64,000 nucleotides of DNA, taken from NCBI GenBank assembly GCA_028286685.1, contig JAQBRA010000005.1, positions 16,726 through 80,725 of the forward strand, given 5' to 3'. The notes beneath the pieces were generated by a model. It did not search any database. It saw nothing but the letters and a program-made list of their open reading frames with translations, and was not told the origin of the DNA. Made by a program: the position numbers and the translations under genes. Numbering within the stretch: position 1 is the first letter of the stretch; each line of letters begins with the position of its first letter. Shown piece by piece: positions 43,470 to 53,495 of this stretch. This stretch comes from Candidatus Adlerbacteria bacterium (lineage in GTDB: Bacteria > Patescibacteriota > Minisyncoccia > Phycocordibacterales > SBAW01).

Positions 43470-45449
43470 TTATTGCTGCGGGACAGGATTTTCGGTTGCC
43501 GGAGCCTCGGCTGCAGGCACCCCTGTTTCTTCTTCGGCAGGAGCAGTTGTCTCATCCGCAGGAGCCTCCGTGTCCGCTGCGGGCTCCTCCGGCGCAGCCG
43601 GTACGTCAGCTTCTGCAGGAGCAGCGGGCAGTTCGGCAGCAGGAGTTTCCGCCGGCACATCTTCAGGTGCATTACCTGCATTATCCTCGACTACTGGCTC
43701 TTGTGGAGCCGGAGCAGAGAAAGACCGGAGAGAAGCTGCGGCCGGAGCCGGGGCGGGCGTTACGTAGTACGTAATAGTCTTAGTGTCGTAGCTGTTCTGG
43801 CCCGATACGGTCAGTACCAGCTCTCCTTCCGCGTAATCGTCAGGAATTACGAAGCTTGAGTTATTGAAGGAGCCGGTGCTGTCGGCGGTAAAGGTTGCGA
43901 CGATCGCCGAACCCGAGCGGTCGGTGGTCACCGCAATCGTGTCGCCGCCCACATAGCCATGGCCAACGAAGGTCACTGCGGTGCCCGGGGCTCCCGCATA
44001 GGAGGCCAGCTGCAGATCGGTATAGACCGGCGCAACGGTCATGGTGGCGGTGCCCGGAGCACCCGAGGTCTCGCCGGTCGCCACAATCTGGGCGGGACCG
44101 GACGGCGCGTACGGCACGCGTGCGGCAATAGTTACGTCGCCCATAGAATCTGCGGTGCCGGAGCCGAGCTCTTGGCTGCCGCTCTTGGCGACCACTTCCT
44201 CGCCCGGCAAGTAGTTATGGCCCGTAATAGTGAGCGGCATGCCGCCCTTTTCGTACCACGTCGAGAGATTGATCCATGAGTAGTACGCGCCTATCGCCAT
44301 ATCGAAGCTTGGGTTAGAGCCGCTCTTTTCTCCCGTAGCGCTGATAGTTGCCAGGCTGTTGGGAGTCGTAGGGACTTTGACCATAAGGCCCGAGAAGCTG
44401 CCTAGAGCATTGGTGTGGGCCGTGCCTACCTCGTCGCCCTCCACCTCAACAACCACATCCTCGTCAGGCGCAAAGCCCGATCCTGCAAGCGTAATCTGCA
44501 TACCCGGTGCCGAGTAGTACGAAGACGGATTAAGCGAAGAGTAGAAGTTGGCGCGGGTAATAGGCGCCTCGGCTGCTGCCTCTGAAAGATCACCGACGAC
44601 GCGGTACTCGGCCAAGCCGGTGCCGTACGGAATAGTTACCTGTGCCTGGCCCATGAACGAACCGGATGCGTCCGCTATGCCGTGCGCGACCGCCTCATCA
44701 TCATCGCCCAAGTAAACGGAAACCGGCTCATTAAGGCCGAAGCCGCCGCCCGTAAAGGTAACCATATTGCCTGGGAGTATGTACCAGGCAGACGGAGAGA
44801 CGTAGGGGTATAGGTCGGCGACTGAGAGCGACATACTCATCGAAGCGCCGGTGTTACCGCCCTTGATAACGTAGGCATTCGTGCCGCCATGCAGCGAGAA
44901 CGGTACCGTGCTTGCTCCCGCATTCGTAAACGCGCCATTAGCATCGGCCGCAAAAGACGCGATGGTTTCGCCGTCGCGCTTAACCGTAATAGGCTCGTTG
45001 GGCGCAAAGCCCGAGCCGCTCCATGAGAGCATCGAGCCCGGCGCCATGTACCAGGAGCTTGGCGACACTTGCGGGTACAGCGACTGTACGTAGAGATAGC
45101 TAAATGCCACCTGTCCGGACGTCTGCCCTATGCCGATGACGATATAGAGGCCCGACGGCACATTAGGAATAGTGAGCGCTGCGCCAGAAAACGCGCCCTG
45201 CGCGTTTGCGGTCGCGGTCGTGTTGGAGAGCCCGAGCAGTACCTGCACTTGCTCCCCTGCCGCAAAGCCCGAGCCTCCTACGGTTATCGGCGCATATGCC
45301 GTGTTGCCGCCCGAAACGGAAAGTGACGGAGCCGCCGCAAACGCAATTGATGCAAACGCGAACAAGCTCAGTACTGCGCCCATAAGCACCCCGCCTCGCA
45401 TGGTTGTTGTCATATATATTGTAATGCGCACCTGATAAATGAAGGGCAC
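43470..45449 (-). CDS. Secreted surface protein with ~6 tandem ~90-aa beta-domain repeats and a Pro/Ala/Glu-rich C-terminal tail
   Basis: 659 aa; signal/TM MGAVLSLFAFASIAFAAAP; repeats with a recurrent Y..PG....SGSGFAP.E.V pattern; tail ..APAPQEPVVEDNAGNAPEDVPAETPAAELPAAPAEADVPAAPEEP... Confidence 0.6.
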   Translation of the reverse strand: MPFIYQVRITIYMTTTMRGGVLMGAVLSLFAFASIAFAAAPSLSVSGGNTAYAPITVGGSGFAAGEQVQVLLGLSNTTATANAQGAFSGAALTIPNVPSGLYIVIGIGQTSGQVAFSYLYVQSLYPQVSPSSWYMAPGSMLSWSGSGFAPNEPITVKRDGETIASFAADANGAFTNAGASTVPFSLHGGTNAYVIKGGNTGASMSMSLSVADLYPYVSPSAWYILPGNMVTFTGGGFGLNEPVSVYLGDDDEAVAHGIADASGSFMGQAQVTIPYGTGLAEYRVVGDLSEAAAEAPITRANFYSSLNPSSYYSAPGMQITLAGSGFAPDEDVVVEVEGDEVGTAHTNALGSFSGLMVKVPTTPNSLATISATGEKSGSNPSFDMAIGAYYSWINLSTWYEKGGMPLTITGHNYLPGEEVVAKSGSQELGSGTADSMGDVTIAARVPYAPSGPAQIVATGETSGAPGTATMTVAPVYTDLQLASYAGAPGTAVTFVGHGYVGGDTIAVTTDRSGSAIVATFTADSTGSFNNSSFVIPDDYAEGELVLTVSGQNSYDTKTITYYVTPAPAPAAASLRSFSAPAPQEPVVEDNAGNAPEDVPAETPAAELPAAPAEADVPAAPEEPAADTEAPADETTAPAEEETGVPAAEAPATENPVPQQ

Positions 45450-45549
45450 GTAAAACGCTCAGGGATCAGGCGCAACAATACATGGAGTAGCCTAAAGGAT
45501 TTATGAAATCGCCATTCATAAAAAGCACAGACTCTGCTACTGTAGCGCC

Positions 45550-46020
45550 ATGCCGGTGTTGGTTTTGCACAATATACGCAGCGCCCACAACGTGGGGTCT
45601 ATGTTCCGCACCGCCGATGGCGCGGGGATAGGACGTATCATTTTGAGCGGCTACACGCCGGGGCCAGTAGACCCACACGGCAAAGTACGCAAGGATTTTA
45701 TAAAAGTGTCGCTGGGCGCGGAGACGTTTGTCCCCTGGGATCGCTCTAAGCAGCTCTCCCCTGCTCTTAAGAAATTAAAGGCCGAAGGTTATACGATCGT
45801 AGCTGTGGAACAAACAGAAAACTCCATAAGCGTCTTTGACTACAAAAATAAGCCATACGAGAAACTCGCCATCGTGATGGGCAACGAAGTCCGCGGCATC
45901 AACAAGCAGTCGCTCAAGCACTGCGATCTGGCCGTCGAAATCCCCATGCGCGGCAAAAAAGAATCCTTAAACGTAGGCGTCGCCTGCGGTATAGCCTTGT
46001 TTACTCTCCTTAAAAAGTGA
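45550..46020 (+). CDS. SpoU-family (TrmH/TrmL-like) RNA 2'-O-methyltransferase
   Basis: 156 aa; ..LHNIRSAHNVGSMFRTADGAG.. ..IVMGNEVRGI.. ..ESLNVGVACGIALF.. (SPOUT knot motifs). Confidence 0.75.
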   Translation: MPVLVLHNIRSAHNVGSMFRTADGAGIGRIILSGYTPGPVDPHGKVRKDFIKVSLGAETFVPWDRSKQLSPALKKLKAEGYTIVAVEQTENSISVFDYKNKPYEKLAIVMGNEVRGINKQSLKHCDLAVEIPMRGKKESLNVGVACGIALFTLLKK

Positions 46021-46393
46021 TAATATGCGGGCTGTCGTAGCGGTGGAAATCGGAACACCTCGAGACTTTCTCGGTGACTAAAGGTCGACTCTAGCTGGGT
46101 CCCCATGGAACAGTTGGACCGGTCTTCGCACCCGCAATGCAGTGCACGCGTGGCAGGCGCGTCCGACACTCCTTCGTGGCAAGCTTGCTAGCCCCCATGA
46201 CGCTGACGTGGATAGGGTCAGCTACGACACAAGTCGCCGTCCCTGCGAAAGCATACGGCGGCTTTTTCTTTTTATGGTCATAAGTCGACTTGGCTCGCAC
46301 AGGTGCGTTCACGGGTCGAGATTGCTCGTCAGCAATCTTGCCCGCGAACCCGTCTCGCGGTTTTGCAAATGCAAAACATCGCTGCGACCGGCG

Positions 46394-46435
46394 CACCAGC
46401 AGAAAACCCGCCTCAAGGCGGGTGTTTCTGTCTGG
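46394..46435 (-). terminator. tRNA 3'-trailer long hairpin (family copy 3), terminator-like
   Basis: Minus strand: GCGCA CCAGACAGAAACACCCGCC uuga GGCGGGUUUUCUGCUGG UGCGCC. The stem base includes the tRNA-Lys 3' end. Confidence 0.55.
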
Positions 46436-46508
46436 TGCGCCCACCTGGATTCGAACCAGGGACCATCTCCTTAAAAGGGAGCCGCTCTACCGACTGAGCT
46501 ATGGGCGC
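46436..46508 (-). tRNA. tRNA-Lys (TTT); no encoded CCA
   Basis: GCGCCCA TA GCTC AGTCGGTA GAGC G GCTCC CTTTTAA GGAGA TGGTC CCTGG TTCGAAT CCAGG TGGGCGC A. Confidence 0.85.
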
Positions 46509-46659
46509 AAGTGAGGCTAGCAACAGAAACTTGTTTCTGATTGCCCCGAACGCTGCGCCTATATGCCTCATATGGGCGCAGTGGGACCGAACGAGTGCAC
46601 TATAGCAAGAAAAGGGTGTTTATTGTAGAGTGCGGACGGCGCAACAATAGGAGGAAAGA

Positions 46660-46917
46660 TTGAGTGAGAGACCCAAGCGTACGCGCATGGAACACCTGTC
46701 TCAAGTGGCAATTTTCGTCGCAGCAGTCTCAATGGTAGTGGTCGGCGGTGGCAATCCCTGGGGATTTGTCATCGCGCTCGCCATTCAGCCCTTCTGGTTC
46801 TACACCTCATACAACCACAGGCAGTGGGGCCTGTTCTTCGCAAGCTTTATCTATTCGTTCGCATGGATACTCGGTATCTACCGAAACTGGGACTACTATT
46901 TGAGCTTCTTCAACTAA
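46660..46917 (+). CDS. Small membrane protein, hypothetical
   Basis: 85 aa, 3 hydrophobic helices; weak hairpin downstream. Confidence 0.3.
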   Translation: MSERPKRTRMEHLSQVAIFVAAVSMVVVGGGNPWGFVIALAIQPFWFYTSYNHRQWGLFFASFIYSFAWILGIYRNWDYYLSFFN

Positions 46918-46947
46918 AACGCGCGGCTCCGGCCGCGTGTTCTGCTT

Positions 46948-47499
46948 TTACAGAGTTAAGGCAAAACGCTCAAGCAAAAGGGCCAGGTCGCCGGCGCCGC
47001 GATGGGAGTCATGGTACATCGAGACAATCTCGCGCGAGAGGCCGGCGTCTCTCATGGAGCGGGCCTTCCAAGCCAACAGACCCGCCAAGGCCTCAGGCTT
47101 CTCCCCTGCCCGCATAGCTAAAGTAAGCCCCAGCCACATTCTTTTCTTGTCTCGGGTAGCGAGCGCCGCTGCAACGCCGTACTGGTCGAAAGAAAATTCT
47201 TTCTTAGCCGCTTTGGTTATCTCAATTTTTGCACCCGCCTTGGTCAGCGCCTCGGTCTCCGCCTTGAGCAGCTTTTCCTCCTCAAAAATAAAAGTGTGTG
47301 GAGACTCAACGAGCGCATCAGCGAGATCCAAAAAATCATCTCCCCTATCCGAGTACAGCACTCCCACCAAAACAAACGTGCTGGTGCCGCCAAACAAGCC
47401 AGTTGTAGAAGCGAGCGAACGCAACTCGTCTTGCGTTATGGAGTCCCACTTAAGTTCCTCCGCACCCTTCGCTTTTTGTCCGACAAGTACTTTGAGCAT
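46948..47499 (-). CDS. Hypothetical protein immediately downstream of polA (possibly DNA pol III delta-like)
   Basis: 183-aa ORF abutting the polA stop; helical; no diagnostic motif recognised. Confidence 0.35.
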   Translation of the reverse strand: MLKVLVGQKAKGAEELKWDSITQDELRSLASTTGLFGGTSTFVLVGVLYSDRGDDFLDLADALVESPHTFIFEEEKLLKAETEALTKAGAKIEITKAAKKEFSFDQYGVAAALATRDKKRMWLGLTLAMRAGEKPEALAGLLAWKARSMRDAGLSREIVSMYHDSHRGAGDLALLLERFALTL

Positions 47500-47500
47500 T

Positions 47501-49942
47501 TTATATTTTCTCCATCGTCCCCCAATCCGCTCCTGACTTACCCTCGGCCAAGATCGGCACGCCCTGGGCGTCTTTCTCCGGCAGAGCCTCTTCCATGATC
47601 TTGCGGATCTTGGGCGCGTAGTGCGCGATCTTGTCTTCCCTTATCTCGAATACCAATTCGTCGTGTACCTGCAGCAGCTGGTAGGCATCCATGTTGTCGC
47701 CCAGGAGCTTATCTATCTCGATCATGGCGATCTTTATGATATCGGCCTGCGTGCCCTGCATGGGCGCATTTATCGCCATGCGCTCGGCAGAGGCGCGCAC
47801 GTACGGTATCGGCGACTTGATACCGTCTAAGTAGCGGCGGCGGCCGAACATCGTCTCGGTGTAGCCGTGTTTGTTGGCCTGCCCCTTGATCGAGTCCATA
47901 TAACCCGCCAACCGCGGGAACGCGACAAAGTACTGGTCGTAAAACTCCTGCGCTTCCTTGCGGCTGGTGCCCAAGCCTTGCTGCAGTGCCATAACGCCCA
48001 TGCCGTAGAGGATGCCGAAGTTGATTACTTTGGCCCGGCGTCGCTGCTCGCGCGCATCAAGAGAGCTGTTCTTACCGAACACGCGCGCCGCAACCTCGGC
48101 ATGCACGTCGCGGCCCTCGCGGAATATTTCCAAGAGCCCTTCGTCGCCCGAGAGTATCGCCGCAATGCGCAGCTCGATCTGGGAGTAGTCGAAGGAAACG
48201 AGCTTCATGCCAGGAGTCGCTACGAAGGCGTGGCGGATACGGCGGCCCAGCTCGGTCTTAATAGGAATATTCTGCAGGTTCGGGTCTTTGGATGCCATGC
48301 GGCCCGTTGCTGCGCCGATCTGCACGTAGCGGGTATGCAGGCGGCTTTCTTCGTCGAGCAGCGTCGGAATGGAATCAATGTATGTAGAGAGAAGCTTGGA
48401 GAGCTCGCGGTACGCCAGGATGTCTTCAATAATCGGATGCGTGCCCAGGAGCTTCTGCAGTTCGGACTCCTTGGTCGAGCGCTGGCCGCCGGCCGTTTTC
48501 TTTTTAGTTACGAGGCCGAGCTTATCAAAAAGTATTTCGCCCAGCTGCTTGGGCGAGCTTACATTAAATTCGCCGCCTGCATGCTTGTAGATGCGCGCGC
48601 ATATCTGGTCAAGCTCAGTCCGGTATTCTTTGGAAAGTTTCTTTAAGAAACCCTTGTCGACCAATACTCCCCTTCCCTCCATGCGGCGCAGTACCGGAGA
48701 GAGTGGCAGCTCGATGTCGTTATAAATAAATTCCAGCTCGCGCTCCTTTATCTGGGCGAGCAGATTCGCGTATGCCTCGGCAAAGTCGCGCGACCGACCC
48801 ATGCGGCAGATATCCTCGTAGTCCGGCTCGGCAATATTCGAGTCGAGCACCGAAACGGCAATCGCCGCCTTGTGAAACTCTTCCGGAGGGATATCGGCGC
48901 CGGCGAAAATTTCCGGAAAAATAGTCTGGCCCGATGGGTCCTCACCTAGGGACCCATCGGGAGAACCGAGGACTTTTTTCTGGGAATTTTCGCCAGAGCT
49001 ACCTTCTTGTTTTAGCATCTCCTTGACGCGCGGCATGAGCGAGCGGAAATCAAACTCTGCCAGCATATCCATAACGCGCGCCTGGTCTACGGCCTCATGC
49101 CAGCCCTTCTCGGGTATTTCAAATGTTACCGGCGCATCGCAGCGTATGGTCGCCAGCACTTTGCTGAACTCGGCGCTCTCGCGGTTGTCGGCCACCAGCT
49201 GCACGAAGCGCTTCTGCACACCGGTCTTGGCCGCCACCGCCTCCACGCCCTCTTTTTTTATAGCGGCGTAGATCTTCTCAATAGTGTCATAGGCCTGCAA
49301 AAGCTTGACTGCGCTCCCCTCGCCCACGCCCGGCACGCCCTTTATATTATCGGAGGTGTCGCCCGCGATACCCTTAAGGTCCGGTATGGACTTAGGGCCG
49401 AAGCCGAAGCGCGCATGCACCGCATCCTCGTCATAAAACACCGTGTCGGTGAGCCCTTTGCGCAAGGTAAACACGCGGGTCTTGGTGCCATCCACGAGCT
49501 GCACCGTATCCAAGTCGCCCGAGGCGATAATCACATCTATGTCCTTACTTTTCTTGAGCTGCTCGGCAATAGTGCCCAGCACATCATCAGCCTCGAAGCC
49601 CTGCGCCTCGTAAATCGGAATGCCAAAACCCTTTAAAATATCGCGCGCGCGATTTATCTGCACATACAGGTCGTCGTCAGCCTTGATGCGGTTTGCCTTG
49701 TAGTCCTCGTATGCCGCATGCCGGAAGGTGCCTCCCGGCAAGTCGTAGGCGGCGGCAATATAGTCAGGCTTGAGGTCGTTAATAATCTTAACGAGCATCG
49801 TAATAAGCCCATAGAGCGCGCCCGTGGGCTCGCCTTTGGCGGAGGAAAAATCGGGCATGGCGTGATACGCCCGATGCAGAATTGCATGGGTATCGAGGAT
49901 CACCAGCCTCTTTTGTGCCTTACCCCCCTTCGCCTTAGCCAT
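47501..49942 (-). CDS. polA: DNA polymerase I (5'-3' exonuclease + polymerase; short form)
   Basis: 813 aa; N-terminal 5'-nuclease domain (LVILDTHAILHRAYHA..), C-terminal pol A motifs (..DYSQIELRIAA.., ..RRRAKVINFGILYG.., ..QVHDELVFE..). Confidence 0.9.
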   Translation of the reverse strand: MAKAKGGKAQKRLVILDTHAILHRAYHAMPDFSSAKGEPTGALYGLITMLVKIINDLKPDYIAAAYDLPGGTFRHAAYEDYKANRIKADDDLYVQINRARDILKGFGIPIYEAQGFEADDVLGTIAEQLKKSKDIDVIIASGDLDTVQLVDGTKTRVFTLRKGLTDTVFYDEDAVHARFGFGPKSIPDLKGIAGDTSDNIKGVPGVGEGSAVKLLQAYDTIEKIYAAIKKEGVEAVAAKTGVQKRFVQLVADNRESAEFSKVLATIRCDAPVTFEIPEKGWHEAVDQARVMDMLAEFDFRSLMPRVKEMLKQEGSSGENSQKKVLGSPDGSLGEDPSGQTIFPEIFAGADIPPEEFHKAAIAVSVLDSNIAEPDYEDICRMGRSRDFAEAYANLLAQIKERELEFIYNDIELPLSPVLRRMEGRGVLVDKGFLKKLSKEYRTELDQICARIYKHAGGEFNVSSPKQLGEILFDKLGLVTKKKTAGGQRSTKESELQKLLGTHPIIEDILAYRELSKLLSTYIDSIPTLLDEESRLHTRYVQIGAATGRMASKDPNLQNIPIKTELGRRIRHAFVATPGMKLVSFDYSQIELRIAAILSGDEGLLEIFREGRDVHAEVAARVFGKNSSLDAREQRRRAKVINFGILYGMGVMALQQGLGTSRKEAQEFYDQYFVAFPRLAGYMDSIKGQANKHGYTETMFGRRRYLDGIKSPIPYVRASAERMAINAPMQGTQADIIKIAMIEIDKLLGDNMDAYQLLQVHDELVFEIREDKIAHYAPKIRKIMEEALPEKDAQGVPILAEGKSGADWGTMEKI

Positions 49943-49980
49943 GGGGCCATTGTACCCTTGCAGCCTCGTTTGCGTAACCG

Positions 49981-50472
49981 CTAGAGTGCGTCGATATCGC
50001 GCTCGCCGTCAGTGAGATTATCTGCGGAAAACTTCAGCGTCATGTCGGGCTTAGGGAGCCGGCCTTCTATCTTTTCGGGCCATTCCACCACCACCAGGGT
50101 CTCCAAATCGTTTAAAAATTCCTCCGGCCGCAAAGCGTCGAACTCTTCCGGGCTTTCCAGGCGATAGGCGTCTATATGCACCAACCGAGTAAATTTCTTG
50201 TTGATCTCGCTGCCGTGGTTTGAAAGCTCGAGCGGATAGCTTTTCATAAGCACGTAGGTAGGGCTCTGCACCACCTCGCGCACGCCGAGTTCGCGCGCCA
50301 GGGTCTGGACAAACGTGGTCTTCCCCGCCCCCAGATTGCCTTCAAGGGCGAGAATGGTGGCCGCTTCCTTCCGCTCGGCGAGCATAAGGACCGCCAGCAT
50401 GTTGCGGGCGAAGTACGGAAGCTCCCAAAGGGCGACGCGCGTCATATGGAAAGGAGTATACAATAATTGCAT
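49981..50472 (-). CDS. tsaE: tRNA threonylcarbamoyladenosine biosynthesis ATPase TsaE (YjeE)
   Basis: ..ILALEGNLGAGKTTFVQTLARELGV..VQSPTYVL..; start uncertain (M at 50472 or 50445). The ORF-track extension to 50718 is low-complexity and overlaps the pilB start region. Confidence 0.65.
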   Translation of the reverse strand: MQLLYTPFHMTRVALWELPYFARNMLAVLMLAERKEAATILALEGNLGAGKTTFVQTLARELGVREVVQSPTYVLMKSYPLELSNHGSEINKKFTRLVHIDAYRLESPEEFDALRPEEFLNDLETLVVVEWPEKIEGRLPKPDMTLKFSADNLTDGERDIDAL

Positions 50473-52144
50473 GGTTGTCTTTAACGAAGCAGAGGGAGAT
50501 AAGCGCTTAGAGTTCCTGCGCAAGCGCGAGGAAGAGGAGCTGGCGCAGATGCTTTCCAAGAAATACGGCGTCGAGTATGTCGACCTTTCCCTGGTGGCGG
50601 TCAACTCCGACGCCCTGCGCATTATCCCGGAAGCCGAGGCAAAATCCGCCGAGGCGGCGGCGTTCGGCAAGGTCAACAAGCGACTCTCGGTCGCCGTACG
50701 CGCACCGGAGAGCACCAAAGTAAAAGAGCTGGTGCAAAAGCTGACCGAGCAGGGATACGAAGTGGTCTTGTTTATGTGCTCGCAGGAGTCCCTTAAGCGC
50801 GCCTACCAGCGCTACGCAGACCTCTCGTATGCAACGGAGACCAAGGCCGGAGTCTTCGAGCTGTCCAACGAAGAGCTTGAGCAGCTCTTGGAGAAAGTTA
50901 AGGGGATAGAAGACATCTCCAAACTCATCACCGAGGCTATCGAGCTCAAAAAAGCCTACCGCATCACGCGCATCATGGAGGTCATCCTGGCCGGAGGACT
51001 CTCGACCGGCGCCTCCGACATCCACTTCGAGCCCGAGGAGGCCCAGGTGCGCCTGCGCTACCGCCTCGACGGCGTTCTGGTAGACGTCGTCAACGTCGAC
51101 CACGAAACCTACCGGCTTATGCTCTCGCGGCTGAAGCTCCTCTCGGGGCTCAAGCTCAACCTCGAAGGCCAGGCGCAGGACGGGCGCTTCTCAATAAAAA
51201 TTAAAGGCGATGAGATTGAGCTGCGCACCTCGCTCTTGCCCGGCAACTACGCCGACACGGTAGTGCTGCGTATCCTCAACCCCAAGGCTATCGGCGTGCA
51301 GCTGGAGGAATTGGGGTTGGAAGAGAAGCTGCGCCTGAAGCTTGAGAAAGAAATAACCAAGCCCAACGGCATGATCCTGACGACCGGCCCCACCGGCTCG
51401 GGAAAAACGACCAGCCTTTACGCCTTTTTGCGCAAGGTAAATAGCCCCGGATCAAAAGTCATTACCATAGAGGACCCTATCGAGTACCACCTGCAGGGCA
51501 TCGTGCAGACCCAGGTGGAGAAAGGCAAATACACCTTTGCCGAAGGACTCCGCTCGGCGCTGCGCCAAGACCCGGACATCATCATGGTCGGAGAAATCCG
51601 CGACGGCGAGGTGGCCGAGGTGGCTATCAATGCGGCGCTCACCGGCCACCTCGTGTTTTCTACCCTTCACACCAACAACGCGGCAGGCTCCTTCCCTCGA
51701 ATGATAGACCTCGGCGTCGACGAGAAAGTTATTTCCTCTGCGGTTAATGCCGCGCTCGCCCAGCGCCTCGTGCGCAAACTCTGCCAAAACTGCAAAGTAC
51801 AGCGGCCCGCTACGCCCGAAGAAAAAATACTAGTAGACAAGCACCTCTCAACCATAACCGACCGCGCGCTCGTTCCCGAGAAATCCGACCTGGTGTGGGA
51901 TGCGAACCCCGCAGGCTGTCAGATGTGCCACGGCCGCGGCTACAAGGGCCGGGTGGGCATCTTCGAGGCGGTATTTATGGACGAAGCAATAGAAACGATC
52001 CTGCGCAGCAAGCCCTCGGAGCGCGAGATTGCCGCGGCCGCCAAGCCCCAAGGCATCCCAACTATGCAGGAAGACGGCGTTATGAAGGTCCTGCGCGGCA
52101 TCACGAGCCTGGAAGAACTCAAGCGCGTGATTGATTTGGACTAG
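50471..52144 (+). CDS. pilB: Type IV pilus assembly / type II secretion ATPase (PilB/GspE family)
   Basis: Walker A GPTGSGKTT, Asp/His boxes, tetracysteine CQNCK..C..CHGRGYKGRVGIFE; aaggag RBS 14 nt upstream of ATG 50471. Confidence 0.85.
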   Translation: MVVFNEAEGDKRLEFLRKREEEELAQMLSKKYGVEYVDLSLVAVNSDALRIIPEAEAKSAEAAAFGKVNKRLSVAVRAPESTKVKELVQKLTEQGYEVVLFMCSQESLKRAYQRYADLSYATETKAGVFELSNEELEQLLEKVKGIEDISKLITEAIELKKAYRITRIMEVILAGGLSTGASDIHFEPEEAQVRLRYRLDGVLVDVVNVDHETYRLMLSRLKLLSGLKLNLEGQAQDGRFSIKIKGDEIELRTSLLPGNYADTVVLRILNPKAIGVQLEELGLEEKLRLKLEKEITKPNGMILTTGPTGSGKTTSLYAFLRKVNSPGSKVITIEDPIEYHLQGIVQTQVEKGKYTFAEGLRSALRQDPDIIMVGEIRDGEVAEVAINAALTGHLVFSTLHTNNAAGSFPRMIDLGVDEKVISSAVNAALAQRLVRKLCQNCKVQRPATPEEKILVDKHLSTITDRALVPEKSDLVWDANPAGCQMCHGRGYKGRVGIFEAVFMDEAIETILRSKPSEREIAAAAKPQGIPTMQEDGVMKVLRGITSLEELKRVIDLD

Positions 52145-52446
52145 GTTTTGTTTAGACACGAAACCCCCCGAGGTCAATCTGGCCTCGGGGGGTCTACGGG
52201 TGTAAACTAGGAGTTAGGAAGAGTTCACCGCCAAGCAATGCACATCATCGACTAGCGATGAAGCGGAAGTCGCATCTAAGGATGACCCCCGCGCTTTTGT
52301 ATAAAACAAATGCCAGAGCGTCCTCGGTACGGTTCCAAAACGGTAAAGCCGCATTGCTTGATGGTGAACTTCTCCCAATAGTTCAAAAGAAAAGCCCTCC
52401 GGTTGGAGGTGCTGTCTATTGGGTATCCTAGCATGCTATCGATTTT

Positions 52447-53481
52447 ATGTCAAGCGACTCCACAGAGCCCCTCGAAAATGTGGCTCAACCGCAAGGTGGT
52501 GAGACTTACCTCGACCAAACCCTGCGCCCAGCCTCTTGGGACGAGTACGTCGGCCAAGACGCCGTCAAAAACAACCTCCACATCCTCATTTCGGCCGCCA
52601 AAGAGCGCCAAACCCCTCCCGAACACGTCCTTTTTTACGGTCCCCCGGGCCTCGGCAAGACTACCCTGGCCCACCTTATCGCCCGCGAGCTCGGCGGCGC
52701 CCTGCGCTCTACCTCCGGCCCCGCCATTGAGCGCGTCGGCGACCTGGCAGCACTGCTGACCAACCTCAATCCGGGCGACATCCTTTTCATAGACGAGATA
52801 CACCGCCTATCGCGCAGCATCGAGGAAGTCCTCTACCCTGCCATGGAGTCGGGCGTGCTCAATATTATCATCGGCAAGGGCCCCTCGGCCCGCACTATAG
52901 AGCTGCCGCTGCCGCCTTTTACCTTAGTTGCCGCCACGACGCGCGTCGCCGACCTTTCTGCCCCGCTGCGCTCGCGCTTTTCTGGCGGCGTATACCGCCT
53001 GGAGTTTTATACCGAAGACGACATCGCCCACATCGTCAGGCGCTCGGCTAAAATACTCGGCGTTGAAGTAGAGGAAGGCGGCGTGCGCGAGATAGCCAAG
53101 CGCGCCCGCTCCACGCCACGCACCGCCAACTATCTCTTGAAGCGAGCCCGCGACTACGCGCAGCTCAAGCGCGAGTCTCTCTCTGAACGATCGGTCAGCG
53201 AAGCTTTGGGCATGCTCGAGGTGGATGTGCTGGGACTCACTCCCCTGGACCGCAAGCTGCTTACGGTCTTGATCGAGCGCTTTAACGGCGGACCAGCAGG
53301 CGTCTCGGCACTTGCCGCAGCACTTGCCGAGGAGCCCGCTACCCTCTCGGAAGTCCACGAGCCCTTCCTCTTACAGCTCGGTCTCATAGAGCGCACGCAG
53401 CGCGGCCGTGTCGCCACAAGAAAAGCCTACGAGCATGTCGGCAAAACTCCTCCCGCAGATTTGAACGAGCGTCTGATATAA
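52447..53481 (+). CDS. ruvB: Holliday junction ATP-dependent DNA helicase RuvB
   Basis: 344 aa; ..[13 protein letters not shown].. [11 protein letters not shown].. [10 protein letters not shown]... Confidence 0.9.
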   Translation: MSSDSTEPLENVAQPQGGETYLDQTLRPASWDEYVGQDAVKNNLHILISAAKERQTPPEHVLFYGPPGLGKTTLAHLIARELGGALRSTSGPAIERVGDLAALLTNLNPGDILFIDEIHRLSRSIEEVLYPAMESGVLNIIIGKGPSARTIELPLPPFTLVAATTRVADLSAPLRSRFSGGVYRLEFYTEDDIAHIVRRSAKILGVEVEEGGVREIAKRARSTPRTANYLLKRARDYAQLKRESLSERSVSEALGMLEVDVLGLTPLDRKLLTVLIERFNGGPAGVSALAAALAEEPATLSEVHEPFLLQLGLIERTQRGRVATRKAYEHVGKTPPADLNERLI

Positions 53482-53495
53482 CGTACTCTCTTTGT

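Noticed and set aside
43441-43767. Plus-strand ORF 43441..43767 (Ala/Ser/Gly-rich) and other ORFs inside the 43470..45449 surface-protein gene
   Set aside because: They are antisense to the Pro/Ala/Glu-rich tail of the surface protein; the low-complexity mirror frame stays open by composition only.
46091-46514. ORFs 46091..46444 (-), 46142..46474 (+), 46290..46514 (+)
   Set aside because: They overlap one another and tRNA-Lys, have no RBS, and sit in a structured GC-rich intergenic region. Treated as non-coding.
52163-52190. Hairpin cccccgaggtcaatctggcctcgggggg after pilB as a terminator
   Set aside because: A strong GC stem but no following U-tract on either strand. Left unannotated, as it may be a processing or structural element instead.
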